Positions 36,010 through 45,841 are shown, numbered from the stretch's first letter. The stretch: DNA of 64,000 nt from an uncultured bacterium (GCA_903861205.1 CAIOTC010000003.1:7964-71963); one strand, 5' to 3'. Made by a program: numbers and translations. The notes: generated by a model not told the origin, from the sequence alone.

Positions 36010-37077
36010 ATGTCTTCTGATTACAAAAAAACCCTAGATAATTTTATTGCCACCGTTATCAAAGAAGAGGCGTCGGATTTGCACCTGTCCGAAGGCCGCC
36101 AGCCGGTTATTCGTGTGGGCGGTTTTTTAGTGCCGTTGGTCAAAGAGCCGGTTATGTCGCGGGCGGACGTCAAGGGTATTTTGGACGAAATTTTGAATGC
36201 CAAGAAAAAAGAGGATTTTCTGGAAAAAATGGAAGTTGACTTTGCTTACGATCACAACGGCGAAGCGCGTTTCCGCGGCAATGTTTTCTTTCAGCTCGGC
36301 AAAATCAGCGTGGCCCTTCGTCTCATTCCGAAAAAAGTCAAAACGCTGGAGGAACTCAAACTGCCGTCCATTTTGGAATCATTCGTCAACAAACAGCAGG
36401 GATTTTTCCTGGTTGTTGGTCCGACCGGGCAGGGCAAGTCGACCACCTTGGCCGCGCTTATCGATATGATCAACGAACGCCGGCTTGAGCACATCATCAC
36501 CATTGAAGATCCGATCGAATACATTTTCGAATCCAAGAAATCTCTGATCGACCAGCGCGAAGTATACGAAGACACGCCGGATTTCCAGTCGGCTCTCAAG
36601 GGCATGTTCCGCCAGGATGTCGATGTGGTTATGATAGGCGAGATGCGCACGCCGGATACTATCGCCACGGCGGTGACGGCGGCCGAGACGGGACACCTCG
36701 TTTTTTCCACGCTTCACACCAATACCGCTTCTCAAACAATTGCCCGAATTCTCGACTCGTTCAGCGCCGAACAGCAAAGTCAGATCAGAATTCAACTGTC
36801 GGCCAGCCTTCTCGGTATTTTTAGCCAGCGCCTCATTCCGCGAATTGCCGGCGGGCTCATCCCGGCCTGCGAACTTTTGATCAACAACACCGCTGTGGCC
36901 AACCTCATCCGCGAGAATCGCGCCCACGAAATCGACACTGTCATCGAAACCGGCTCGGACCAGGGCATGATCGATCTCAACAGATACCTAGTGGAGCTGG
37001 TGCGGTCAGGAGAAATCACGCCGGAGAACGCCTATCTGAACTCGCACAATTTGAAAGGATTGGAGAGATTGATGTAA
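36010..37077 (+). CDS. pilT: Twitching motility ATPase PilT
   Basis: VVGPTGQGKSTTL Walker A, 355 aa, PilT-type C-terminus. Confidence 0.9.
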   Translation: MSSDYKKTLDNFIATVIKEEASDLHLSEGRQPVIRVGGFLVPLVKEPVMSRADVKGILDEILNAKKKEDFLEKMEVDFAYDHNGEARFRGNVFFQLGKISVALRLIPKKVKTLEELKLPSILESFVNKQQGFFLVVGPTGQGKSTTLAALIDMINERRLEHIITIEDPIEYIFESKKSLIDQREVYEDTPDFQSALKGMFRQDVDVVMIGEMRTPDTIATAVTAAETGHLVFSTLHTNTASQTIARILDSFSAEQQSQIRIQLSASLLGIFSQRLIPRIAGGLIPACELLINNTAVANLIRENRAHEIDTVIETGSDQGMIDLNRYLVELVRSGEITPENAYLNSHNLKGLERLM

Positions 37078-37197
37078 GGACAAATTTTCAAGTAACAATT
37101 TCCAATTTCCAATGAATTTCTCAATGAACCAATTGTCCAATTGAAGAATTGATTCATTTATTGGAAATTGGAAATTGATAATTATTTTTTATTCATG

Positions 37198-38400
37198 TTA
37201 TATTCTTACACTGCCATCACTCAAACGGGACAGAAAACTCAAGGCACCATTGAGGCGGTTTCGACCGATGTCGGCATCAGCGTTTTGCAAAAAAGGGGAT
37301 TGGTTATTCTGCAGATTCAGGCGCCGCAGGCCGAAAAAGATTTTTCGATAAACCTGCCGTTTTTCAATAAAATTTCCAACAAGGAAGTGGTCGTTTTGTC
37401 CCGTCAAATGGCCACGCTTTTCCAGGCCCAAGTTTCGGCCTTGCGTGTTTTTCGTCTCCTCGGCGAGCAAGTGGAAAATAAAACCCTCCAGAAATACATG
37501 TTCGACATTGCCGACGATTTGCAGGGCGGCAGTTCCATTTCCAATGCTCTGTCGCGTCACCCGGACGTTTTTTCCGATTTTTACGTCAACATGGTCAAGG
37601 CCGGCGAGGAATCCGGCAAGCTCGACGAGACTTTCAACTATCTGGCTGATTATCTGGATCGGACTTACGCCATTGTTTCCAAAACCAAAAACGCCTTAGT
37701 CTATCCGGCTTTCGTCGTCGTCACTTTCGTCGGCGTGATGATTCTCATGTTCACGGTTATTATTCCGAAAATCAGCTTGATGTTGACCGATTCCGGCCAG
37801 GAAATTCCGATTTACACCAAAATCGTTTTGGCTATCAGCAGTCTTTTGATCAATCACGGCATACTTTTGGCCATTGCAGTCATTATCATCGGATATTTCT
37901 TGGTCAGATATGGCCGGACAGAGGAAGGCGCGCTATATTATGACGATTTGAAAATAAAAACGCCGTACATCGGCAATTTGTACCGCAAACTGTACCTGTC
38001 GCGCATTGCCGACAACCTCAACACCATGATTACCTCCGGCATTCCCATTTTGCGAGCGCTGGAAATCACCTCGGCCGTCGTCGACAATCGCGTTTACAAA
38101 AATATTTTAAACGACGCCATAAATGGGGTTAAAGGGGGAGATGCGCTGTCAACCGTGCTTTCCAAATATCCGGAAATGCCCGGCATCATGGTCCAAATGA
38201 CCAAAGTCGGCGAGGAAACAGGCGAGCTGGGCAGTATTCTCAAAACCTTGGCCAAGTTCTACGAGCGTGAAGTGATCGATGCTGTTGACACGCTGGTTGG
38301 CCTCATCGAGCCGGTCATGATTGTGGCTCTGGGTTTGGGGGTGGGCATACTTTTGGCATCAGTTCTTATGCCAATCTATAACATCGCCGGCGGAATGTAG
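37198..38400 (+). CDS. pilC: Type IV pilus platform protein PilC (GspF family)
   Basis: ~400 aa with duplicated GspF domains and TM segments. Confidence 0.85.
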   Translation, partial: LYSYTAITQTGQKTQGTIEAVSTDVGISVLQKRGLVILQIQAPQAEKDFSINLPFFNKISNKEVVVLSRQMATLFQAQVSALRVFRLLGEQVENKTLQKYMFDIADDLQGGSSISNALSRHPDVFSDFYVNMVKAGEESGKLDETFNYLADYLDRTYAIVSKTKNALVYPAFVVVTFVGVMILMFTVIIPKISLMLTDSGQEIPIYTKIVLAISSLLINHGILLAIAVIIIGYFLVRYGRTEEGALYYDDLKIKTPYIGNLYRKLYLSRIADNLNTMITSGIPILRALEITSAVVDNRVYKNILNDAINGVKGGDALSTVLSKYPEMPGIMVQMTKVGEETGELGSILKTLAKFYEREVIDAVDTLVGLIEPVMIVALGLGVGILLASVLMPIYNIAGGM

Positions 38401-38409
38401 AAAAATCTT

Positions 38410-38468
38410 TTCAAGAACTCACCTGGTGTCAACGGCGAAGCAACGTTATCACCGGGTGTGTTCTTGAA
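38410..38468 (+). repeat. REP-core-flanked element: ttcaagaac + 41-nt conserved insert + gttcttgaa
   Basis: Outer arms equal the REP half-sites caagaac/gttcttg; the insert matches 26744-26790 (-). Confidence 0.45.
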
Positions 38469-38570
38469 TTTCTAATCGGTCACCGGGTGTGAGTTCGTTT
38501 TTCGAAAAATTAAAAGTTCTGCACCTTTTTCGTTGTAGTCTGATTTTTTTTGTTATAAAATGAAGACAAT

Positions 38571-39059
38571 ATGAAAAAATCTGTCAGCGGTTTTACCCTC
38601 ATCGAGTTACTTGTTGTCATTGCGATCATCTCGCTCATCTCCTCTGTCATTTTGGCAGCTCTTAATTCGGCAAGAACTAAAGGTATAGATTCTTTAATAA
38701 AAGCAAACCTAAATACCATCATCAAACAAACCGAAATAGTTTTTGACGCAAATAATGGTAGTTATCTTAGTCCAAATTCTATTTGTTATAACACAACAAT
38801 TAGAAATGCCATGCAATCCAGTTCTCAGGCGTCTGCCGGGTATGATCTTATAACGAATGATTATAAAAGAGATTTTAATTGTGGAAATTTTGGTAAGTAT
38901 TGGGCAGTGGTAATAAAAATGAAAGGTTTAAACGGTTGCCCCGCTGCTTCATGGATATGCGCTGATAATAGCGTTGATCCTGCCGCTCCCGCCAAAGTCC
39001 CAGGAACTTACGAGATCATATGTAATCAACCCGGAGTGAGTATTTCCGTATGCCCATAG
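38571..39059 (+). CDS. Type IV pilin (class III signal GFTLIELLVVIAII)
   Basis: Prepilin leader plus hydrophobic N-helix; C-terminal Cys pair. Confidence 0.8.
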   Translation: MKKSVSGFTLIELLVVIAIISLISSVILAALNSARTKGIDSLIKANLNTIIKQTEIVFDANNGSYLSPNSICYNTTIRNAMQSSSQASAGYDLITNDYKRDFNCGNFGKYWAVVIKMKGLNGCPAASWICADNSVDPAAPAKVPGTYEIICNQPGVSISVCP

Positions 39060-39203
39060 AATTATCCACAGTGCCCCTTTTCACCGCTTGCATATAACCG
39101 TATAATAGATGTACTAGTTTAATAGATGAATTCTCTGAAAAAGAGGCGGTCGAGCTAGAAAATTTATTTACAAGAATTTATTAATAAAATTATCAATTAA
39201 TAT

Positions 39204-39695
39204 ATGAAATATATGAAAAGAGGTTTTACGCTTATTGAATTGCTCGTGGTTATCGCCATCATCGGTATTCTTTCATCAGTTGTTTTGGCTAGTTTGAACA
39301 CTGCTCGAAACAAGGGTGCTGATGCCGCTATCAAGTCAAACTTGGCAAATGCTCGCGCACAAGCAGAGATTTTCTATGATACTAACGGTCAGACTTACGA
39401 TGCTGGTACAGCTGCCACTGATGTTTGTAACACAGCAGCATCAGTCGGTAACCCGGCTGTAAAAGGTGTATTTGCAAATGTTCAGGCTGCAGCTACAACC
39501 GCAGGGGCGGGTACTGCGCTTACAGACACGGCAGAAACAACAACAAACGCAGTGTGTAATAGTTCTGCTACTGGATGGGCCGCAGCAGTTCCCCTAAAGG
39601 GAGGTGGACAGTGGTGTGTTGACAGCACAGGAAAGTCAGTACCGGAGGTAGCTGCAAACCTGTTGGCACCAGCTGCAACAGTGGCTTGCCCATAG
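39204..39695 (+). CDS. pilA: Type IV major pilin-like (PilA paralog 1)
   Basis: MKYMKRGFTLIELLVVIAIIGILSSVVLASLNTARNKGADAAIKSNLANARAQAEIFYD; C-terminal WCVDSTG...C. Confidence 0.8.
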   Translation: MKYMKRGFTLIELLVVIAIIGILSSVVLASLNTARNKGADAAIKSNLANARAQAEIFYDTNGQTYDAGTAATDVCNTAASVGNPAVKGVFANVQAAATTAGAGTALTDTAETTTNAVCNSSATGWAAAVPLKGGGQWCVDSTGKSVPEVAANLLAPAATVACP

Positions 39696-39725
39696 TACTT
39701 GATTATGTTTTAGTTTTAGATTCAG

Positions 39726-39752
39726 AAAAACCGGCCTTGGCCGGTTTTTCGT
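39726..39752 (+). terminator. Rho-independent terminator (aaaaaccggccttggccggttttt)
   Basis: Perfect 8-bp stem plus T-run. Confidence 0.55.
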
Positions 39753-39850
39753 TTATTTGAGTTATCAACACCTCACGTTTGTATTGTCTTTTTATGTTGT
39801 ATAATATATCCATAACTTTATAAGTTTTAAATTATTAGTTTATTAAACAT

Positions 39851-40339
39851 ATGAATAAGACAAATCGAGGTTTTACGCTTATTGAATTACTCGTGGTTAT
39901 CGCCATCATCGCACTTCTGTCGTCGGTTGTTCTGGCATCACTTAACTCAGCCAGGAATAAGGGTGCTGATGCAGCTATCAAATCAAACTTGGCAAATGCT
40001 CGCGCACAAGCGGAGATTTTCTATGATGCAAATGGAAGTTCTTATATGGGTACTATTAACACAGCTACCGATGTATGTAACACAGCCGCTTCAGTTAATG
40101 GAGTAAAGGGTATTTATCCAAATGTTCTTGCGGCGATACAAGTAAGTCAGGGTTCTGGTGGTGCTCTAGTCGCTGAAAATGCGGTAGAAACTGGCACAAC
40201 TGCCTCGTGCAACCCCGCTTCAGGTACTTGGGTCGCTCAGGCCCCTTTAAAAAGTGCGGGTTTTTGGTGTGTTGACAGTACGGGCGCTTCTGTTCCTGAA
40301 GCAGCTGTATTACCTATCAACGCGACCAAGTGTCAGTAA
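39851..40339 (+). CDS. Type IV pilin (PilA paralog 2)
   Basis: N-terminal ~60 aa near-identical to 39204 gene. Confidence 0.8.
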   Translation: MNKTNRGFTLIELLVVIAIIALLSSVVLASLNSARNKGADAAIKSNLANARAQAEIFYDANGSSYMGTINTATDVCNTAASVNGVKGIYPNVLAAIQVSQGSGGALVAENAVETGTTASCNPASGTWVAQAPLKSAGFWCVDSTGASVPEAAVLPINATKCQ

Positions 40340-40492
40340 AATACTTGGATAGTTTTAAAAACCGCTCTCCTCAAGGGGGTGGTTTTTGTATGTAAAGTTA
40401 TCAACAAGCTCTAATTTTGTTTATTTTTTTAAGTTGTATAATGAAATCACAAGGTCCAAATTGTCACTTAATTCTTATTAGGTTTTAATTTT

Positions 40493-40918
40493 ATGAAAAA
40501 CATTAAAAGAGGTTTTACGCTTATTGAATTACTCGTGGTTATCGCCATTATCGGTATTCTTTCCGCGGTTGTTTTAGCGAGTTTAAATACAGCTCGAGAT
40601 AAAGGTGCTGACGCAGCTATAAAAGGAGATTTGGATGGTATCCGTGCTCAAGCGCAAATAGTTTACGAGGATAATTCAAATGATTATACCAATGTTTGTA
40701 TAGATCAGACTGTTATTGCTGCTGTAACTGGCGCACTTACAGCCGGAACAGATCTAGGGGCATTAGCTGACAGATGCCACTCCGACACCGACCATTGGAA
40801 CGCTTGGGCCACGCTCAAAACCGACACTGCCCAAATGTGGTGCGTGGACAACACCGGCACATCGCGCCAAGGCCCCGTCGCCTCCGCCCCCACCGACCCC
40901 CTCACCCCTTGCCCATAA
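40493..40918 (+). CDS. Type IV pilin (PilA paralog 3)
   Basis: Same leader and N-helix; WCVDNTG motif. Confidence 0.8.
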   Translation: MKNIKRGFTLIELLVVIAIIGILSAVVLASLNTARDKGADAAIKGDLDGIRAQAQIVYEDNSNDYTNVCIDQTVIAAVTGALTAGTDLGALADRCHSDTDHWNAWATLKTDTAQMWCVDNTGTSRQGPVASAPTDPLTPCP

Positions 40919-40938
40919 ATTAAAGTTATCACCTTCAA

Positions 40939-40965
40939 CCCTAGCAAGAACAGTTCTTGCTAGGG
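40939..40965. repeat. REP palindrome (ccctagcaagaacagttcttgctaggg), 27-nt perfect
   Basis: Immediately upstream of the RAYT gene. Confidence 0.65.
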
Positions 40966-40985
40966 TTTGTATATGTTGATATAAT

Positions 40986-41687
40986 TTGCGTATGTTACGA
41001 AAAGACCCATTTGTTACTGGTGAATACTACCATTTATATAATCGTGGTATCGATAAGAGGATTATATTTAAATTAAAAAGAGATTACGAGAGGTTTATGG
41101 TTCTTTTGTACCTTGCAAATTCGGACGAATCTTTCCGCCTCGATAATTTAATAAGCATACAGCATAAAACATTTGATGAAATTTTGGTTTTAGATAAAGG
41201 TGAGCCCCTAGTTTCCATTGGAGTGTGGTGCATAATGGAGAATCACTTTCATTTGGTGGTAAGACAAGAAGTGGATGGGGGAATCACTCAGTTTATGAGA
41301 AAGCTTGGTGTTGGATATTCAATGTTTTTTAATATTAAGTATCAAAGAAAAGGTGCCCTATTCGGGGGACCTTTTAAATCAAAATTTATTGGGGATGATG
41401 ATTACATGCGGCAACTTTTTGGATATATTCATCTGAATCCTTTAGAAATAAAATTTCCAGATTGGAAAAACACCCTAGCAAGAACAGTTCTTGCTAGATC
41501 TGATGATATGAAAAAATTTCTGGAAGAGTATGGGTATTCGAGCTATTTGGATTATCTTGGAAGAGATAGAGCAGAAAAAAACATTCTCAGCACCAAAAAC
41601 TTTCCGGATTATTTTGGCGAGCAACAATCCTTCAGGAATTTTGTGGACGATTATCTAGCCGAGGGTCTATTTGAAGATGATAAATAA
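40986..41687 (+). CDS. REP-associated tyrosine transposase (RAYT; IS200/IS605-like HuH Y1 transposase)
   Basis: HuH motif NHFHLVV and catalytic-Tyr motif YIHLNPLE; flanked by REP palindromes and contains one. Confidence 0.7.
   Translation: MRMLRKDPFVTGEYYHLYNRGIDKRIIFKLKRDYERFMVLLYLANSDESFRLDNLISIQHKTFDEILVLDKGEPLVSIGVWCIMENHFHLVVRQEVDGGITQFMRKLGVGYSMFFNIKYQRKGALFGGPFKSKFIGDDDYMRQLFGYIHLNPLEIKFPDWKNTLARTVLARSDDMKKFLEEYGYSSYLDYLGRDRAEKNILSTKNFPDYFGEQQSFRNFVDDYLAEGLFEDDK
41473..41497. repeat. REP palindrome inside the RAYT gene (encodes LARTVLA)
   Basis: ccctagcaagaacagttcttgctag. Confidence 0.6.
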
Positions 41688-41699
41688 TTTTAGCAAGTT

Positions 41700-41722
41700 T
41701 TAGCAAGAACTGTTCTTGCTAA
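41700..41722. repeat. REP palindrome downstream of RAYT (ttagcaagaactgttcttgctaa), with a partial tandem half-copy
   Basis: Perfect palindrome, preceded by tagcaagtt. Confidence 0.6.
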
Positions 41723-41805
41723 ATTCTTGGTGTTATTACCAGATTTGTTTTAATTCAGATGCCTTCGCAGTATAATTAGCGTATGGACTTTCATAATGCA
41801 CTGAC

Positions 41806-42549
41806 ATGGCAAATTCAAAAGTAATCATCGTTATGCCGGCTTACAACGCCGAAGCCACCTTGCAAAAAACAGTGGCTGACATTCCTTTTGAATATGTTGA
41901 TGAAATCATTCTGGTCGACGATGCTTCGCAGGACAAAACTGTCGAGCGAGCGCAAAATCTGAAAGACACCTATTTGAAATCAAAAAATATTTTTTTTACC
42001 ATTGAAAAAATGTCCCGCAATACCGGCTACGGTGGCAATCAGAAAAAATGCTATCGTTTGGCTCTGGACCACGGAGCGGATATTATTGTCATGCTTCATC
42101 CTGATTACCAATATGATCCAAAACTGGTAAAGTATTTCGTGGAATTTATCCGTGATGGATATTTTGACGTCATGCTTGGCTCGCGCGTCAGGACCAGAAA
42201 GGAGGCTTTGGACGGAGGCATGCCGGCGTACAAATATTATGCTAATAGATTTCTCACTTTTATCCAAAATGTTGTTGCCGGGCAATCATTGTCGGAATGG
42301 CACACCGGTATGAGAGCCTACAAGAGGGAGGTTTTGGAATCTTTACCACTGGAGAAATTCTCTGACGATTTTGTTTTTGACACACAGGTTTTGTTTGCAA
42401 TTGCCGGTCGGGGATACAAAATTGGTGATATTCCTGTTCCTGTCAGATATTTTAAAGAAGCTTCATCGATAAATTTTAGGCGTAGCGTTAAGTATGGTTT
42501 ACAAACTCTTTTTGAAACAGCGAAATTCTTAGTTGGGAAACTTGTTTAA
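41806..42549 (+). CDS. Family 2 glycosyltransferase (DPM1-like)
   Basis: IIVMPAYNAEATL...ILVDDASQDKT GT2 N-terminal motifs. Confidence 0.75.
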   Translation: MANSKVIIVMPAYNAEATLQKTVADIPFEYVDEIILVDDASQDKTVERAQNLKDTYLKSKNIFFTIEKMSRNTGYGGNQKKCYRLALDHGADIIVMLHPDYQYDPKLVKYFVEFIRDGYFDVMLGSRVRTRKEALDGGMPAYKYYANRFLTFIQNVVAGQSLSEWHTGMRAYKREVLESLPLEKFSDDFVFDTQVLFAIAGRGYKIGDIPVPVRYFKEASSINFRRSVKYGLQTLFETAKFLVGKLV

Positions 42550-42602
42550 AGTTATCACCACTCTCGTTTTCAAATATTTTCCATACGCTGTATAATTAGC
42601 GT

Positions 42603-43463
42603 ATGGATTTTATTTTTGTCGCGTTCATGTTTATTCTGCTTGTTTTTATTGTTGGCGCGCTGCTGGGCAGTTTTCTGAATGTTGTTTCCATGCGCTACAA
42701 CACCGGACTCTCGCCGCTAAAGGGGAGATCGATGTGTTTTCATTGCGGAACACAGCTTAAATGGTACGAAAACATCCCGCTGGTCAGTTTTCTTTTTCTT
42801 CTCGGAAAATGCCGGACGTGCGGGGCCAAAATTTCCTGGCAATATCCACTTATCGAACTTTCAACCGGATTAATTTTTGTCGGAGTCGCTCTGCGTCAAT
42901 ATTTCTTGTGGCCTTTGTACGGCGGATTTGCTCACGGACTCACATATTCCATTTTATTTTTCTTATATTACGCTGTCGTTTTTTGCCTTCTGGAAGTTAT
43001 CGTTCTTTATGATATCCGCCACACCATCATTCCAAACAGTTTTGTTTACGCTTTCATCACTTTGGCTTTCGGGAAATTGTTGCTTTTTCTTTTCATCAAA
43101 GGATTTAATCTTGGCACAATCGACATCTTTGACATATCGGCCGCCTTTGCTCTTTTTGTGCCTTTCGCTTTGCTCTGGCTTGTTTCTGCCGGTAGGTGGA
43201 TTGGCTTCGGCGATGCCAAATTGGCTCTGGGAATCGGCGCCATGCTCGGTTTTGTCTCCGGATTTTCCGCCGTTGTCCTGGCTTTTTGGATTGGAGCGCT
43301 TTGGAGTATTTATTTTATTTTGCACAATCGTTTTTTGAAAAATACGCGGGTCGGTTTGAAAACGGAAGTTCCTTTTGCGCCGTTTCTGATTTTGGCCACG
43401 GCGATAGTTTTTTTCACTCACGCGGATGTGCTGGGATTGGGGAAACTTATAAGTTTTCTTTAA
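42603..43463 (+). CDS. pilD: Prepilin peptidase PilD (A24 family)
   Basis: CFHCGTQL...CRTCGAKI zinc-binding tetracysteine plus polytopic membrane domain. Confidence 0.85.
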   Translation: MDFIFVAFMFILLVFIVGALLGSFLNVVSMRYNTGLSPLKGRSMCFHCGTQLKWYENIPLVSFLFLLGKCRTCGAKISWQYPLIELSTGLIFVGVALRQYFLWPLYGGFAHGLTYSILFFLYYAVVFCLLEVIVLYDIRHTIIPNSFVYAFITLAFGKLLLFLFIKGFNLGTIDIFDISAAFALFVPFALLWLVSAGRWIGFGDAKLALGIGAMLGFVSGFSAVVLAFWIGALWSIYFILHNRFLKNTRVGLKTEVPFAPFLILATAIVFFTHADVLGLGKLISFL

Positions 43464-43496
43464 AAACAATTTAAAATTTAGAATTTATAATTTAAA

Positions 43497-44129
43497 ATGA
43501 ATTTAAAATTTAAAATTTCAAATTTAAAATCCAACGCGGGCTTCACACTCGTTGAAATGATGATTACGGTGAGCATTGTGGTCATTATTATGTTGGTCGT
43601 AATGTTTAACTACCGAACATTCAGCGACAACTTGGCTTTGTCATCGGCAGGGCAGGAAATAGCCATTGAACTCCGCCAAGCGCAGATTTACGGTTTGTCT
43701 GTCAAGGAAGGCGCCGTGGGAGGAAATATTTTTAGCTATGGTTATGGAATTTACGTTGAAAAAAGCGATCCGCTGAATTACATATTGTTCGTCGATAAAA
43801 ATAATGACAACAAATATGACACATCCAGCGTTTGTCCCGGTGGCACCGAATGTGTCGAAAAAGTTCCGATTCGCAACGGCGTGAAAATATCAGATATTTG
43901 TTGGGCGCCATTTGGTGGAGGTTTTGTTTGTCCGTCTGCGGCTAATGTTCAGTCAATGGATGTTTTGTTTCTTCGTCCAAATCCGGATGTCGGCATTCGT
44001 TTTCTAGTCAATGTTCCGCCAGTTACTCTTTTGGGTACATACCAAACTGGTCGAATTGTTCTAACATCACCCCTGGGCAAAACAATGACCGTCAGTATCC
44101 AAAACACTGGACAGATAAGTGTACAATAA
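43497..44129 (+). CDS. Minor pilin / pseudopilin (GFTLVEMMITV N-terminus)
   Basis: Class III signal peptide and hydrophobic helix. Confidence 0.7.
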   Translation: MNLKFKISNLKSNAGFTLVEMMITVSIVVIIMLVVMFNYRTFSDNLALSSAGQEIAIELRQAQIYGLSVKEGAVGGNIFSYGYGIYVEKSDPLNYILFVDKNNDNKYDTSSVCPGGTECVEKVPIRNGVKISDICWAPFGGGFVCPSAANVQSMDVLFLRPNPDVGIRFLVNVPPVTLLGTYQTGRIVLTSPLGKTMTVSIQNTGQISVQ

Positions 44130-44177
44130 TGTACGAAATAACGAATGGGTCTACGAATGTCTACGAATAAATACAAA

Positions 44178-44789
44178 ATGCAAATACGAAAATTTAAAAA
44201 TAATAAAGGCTTCACATTAGTCGAACTCATGGTCTCCGTTTCCATTTTTGCCGTGGTCATGATTCTGTGCATGGGAGCTATTTTGACTGTGCTGGATTCC
44301 AATCGCAAGTCCCAGTCTGTCCGTGCTGTCATGGACAACTTGAGTTATAGTTTGGAGGGCATGACGAGAGCCATAAGATTTGGATCGGTTTATCATTGTG
44401 GTGCCGGTTCCGTTATGACCACTCAAAATTGTGCTTATCCAAACGGAAGTAACACCTTATCGGTTTTGGATTCGACCAAGGCACAACATATAAAATTTTG
44501 GTTTGATGCTGGTAATAAGAAAATTGTTAAAACGGTTTCTGATTCGCTCGGTTCAGGCGCAGTCGATTACGACTTGACATCTCCGGACGTTACAATTCAA
44601 TCACTGACTTTTTATACATCCGGTACGGATTCCTATCCTTTTGCTTCGAATAACTGCGCAAGCGGGGGTTTTGATTGTTTTCAACCAAAAGTGATTGTCG
44701 TCATCAAAGGTTTTGCTGGCACGAAACCTTCGACCCAGACGGCATTTAGTTTGGAAACAACGTTGTCGCAGAGAGCGTTTGATTTTTAA
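44178..44789 (+). CDS. Minor pilin / pseudopilin
   Basis: Internal start MQIRKFKNNKGFTLVELMVSVSIFAVV. Confidence 0.65.
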   Translation: MQIRKFKNNKGFTLVELMVSVSIFAVVMILCMGAILTVLDSNRKSQSVRAVMDNLSYSLEGMTRAIRFGSVYHCGAGSVMTTQNCAYPNGSNTLSVLDSTKAQHIKFWFDAGNKKIVKTVSDSLGSGAVDYDLTSPDVTIQSLTFYTSGTDSYPFASNNCASGGFDCFQPKVIVVIKGFAGTKPSTQTAFSLETTLSQRAFDF

Positions 44790-44797
44790 TTAAAAAC

Positions 44798-45367
44798 ATG
44801 ATTTTAAAATTTAAAATTAAAAATTTAAAATTCAATTCAGGCTTTACAATAGTGGAAACACTCGTGGCTATTTCTATCTTAACCTTATCGATTCTCGGTG
44901 CGTTCACGGCCGTGCAGGGAAGTTTGCAGAAGTCATATTACGCCAAGGACCAAGCCACTGCTTTTTATTTGATTCAGGAAGCTGTCGAATACATCCGAAA
45001 CATTCGCGACAACAATGGAATGGCGAACATTGCGGCTATCACTACTGGTGGTTCAGTAAACTGGCTTAAAGGTATTGCAACTGCGGGCGACGCGTGTATA
45101 TTTGGAAATTGGTGTTATATTGATTCTCCTTTGGATTCAAAAACGGCTTGTTCGCCGAATACTTTTGCAAATTGTCCCTTTATTAAACAGGATTCTACAA
45201 CCGGGTTGTTTGGGTATACAAATGGAACTGCCACAAAATTCAAAAGAGCGGTCCAACTGACACCAATAAATGCCAACGAAATTGTCATAACAGTTCAGGT
45301 GGATTGGACAAGCGGAGTTTTTTCAAAGTCGATACAGGTCAAGCAGTCGCTGTTTAATGTTCGATAA
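44798..45367 (+). CDS. Minor pilin / pseudopilin
   Basis: SGFTIVETLVAISILTL. Confidence 0.65.
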   Translation: MILKFKIKNLKFNSGFTIVETLVAISILTLSILGAFTAVQGSLQKSYYAKDQATAFYLIQEAVEYIRNIRDNNGMANIAAITTGGSVNWLKGIATAGDACIFGNWCYIDSPLDSKTACSPNTFANCPFIKQDSTTGLFGYTNGTATKFKRAVQLTPINANEIVITVQVDWTSGVFSKSIQVKQSLFNVR

Positions 45368-45376
45368 ATATACGAA

Positions 45377-45841
45377 ATGCAAATAAAAAAATTAAAAAAT
45401 AACAAAGGATTTACACTTCTCATTGCTATTATTACTACAGGCATACTTCTTCTGGTCAGTTTTGTTGTGGCCAATTTGGCGCTCAAGGAAGTGTTAATTA
45501 CTCAAACCAGCCAGCAGTCGCAGTTTGCTTTTTATAACGCTGATAGCGGAGTGGAATGCGCCATGTTTTGGGATTTAAAAAATGGTGCAAAAAGCGCTTT
45601 CGATCAATCTACTGCCGGGTCAATAACTTGCAACGGACAAACATTTACAACAGGTAATCCCGTGGGGAGTATTATTGGCGGAGCAGCTATCAGTAATTTT
45701 ACTGTCAACTTTTCAAATGCCTGTGCTGTGGTTAAGGTGACAAAATCTGGAGTTAACACAATAATCGATTCAAAAGGCTACAATACTTGCGCTGCCGGAG
45801 CATTGCGCAAGTTCGAAAGAGGTATTACTATTACGTACTAA
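45377..45841 (+). CDS. Minor pilin / pseudopilin (PilX-like position)
   Basis: KGFTLLIAIITTGILLL. Confidence 0.6.
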   Translation: MQIKKLKNNKGFTLLIAIITTGILLLVSFVVANLALKEVLITQTSQQSQFAFYNADSGVECAMFWDLKNGAKSAFDQSTAGSITCNGQTFTTGNPVGSIIGGAAISNFTVNFSNACAVVKVTKSGVNTIIDSKGYNTCAAGALRKFERGITITY

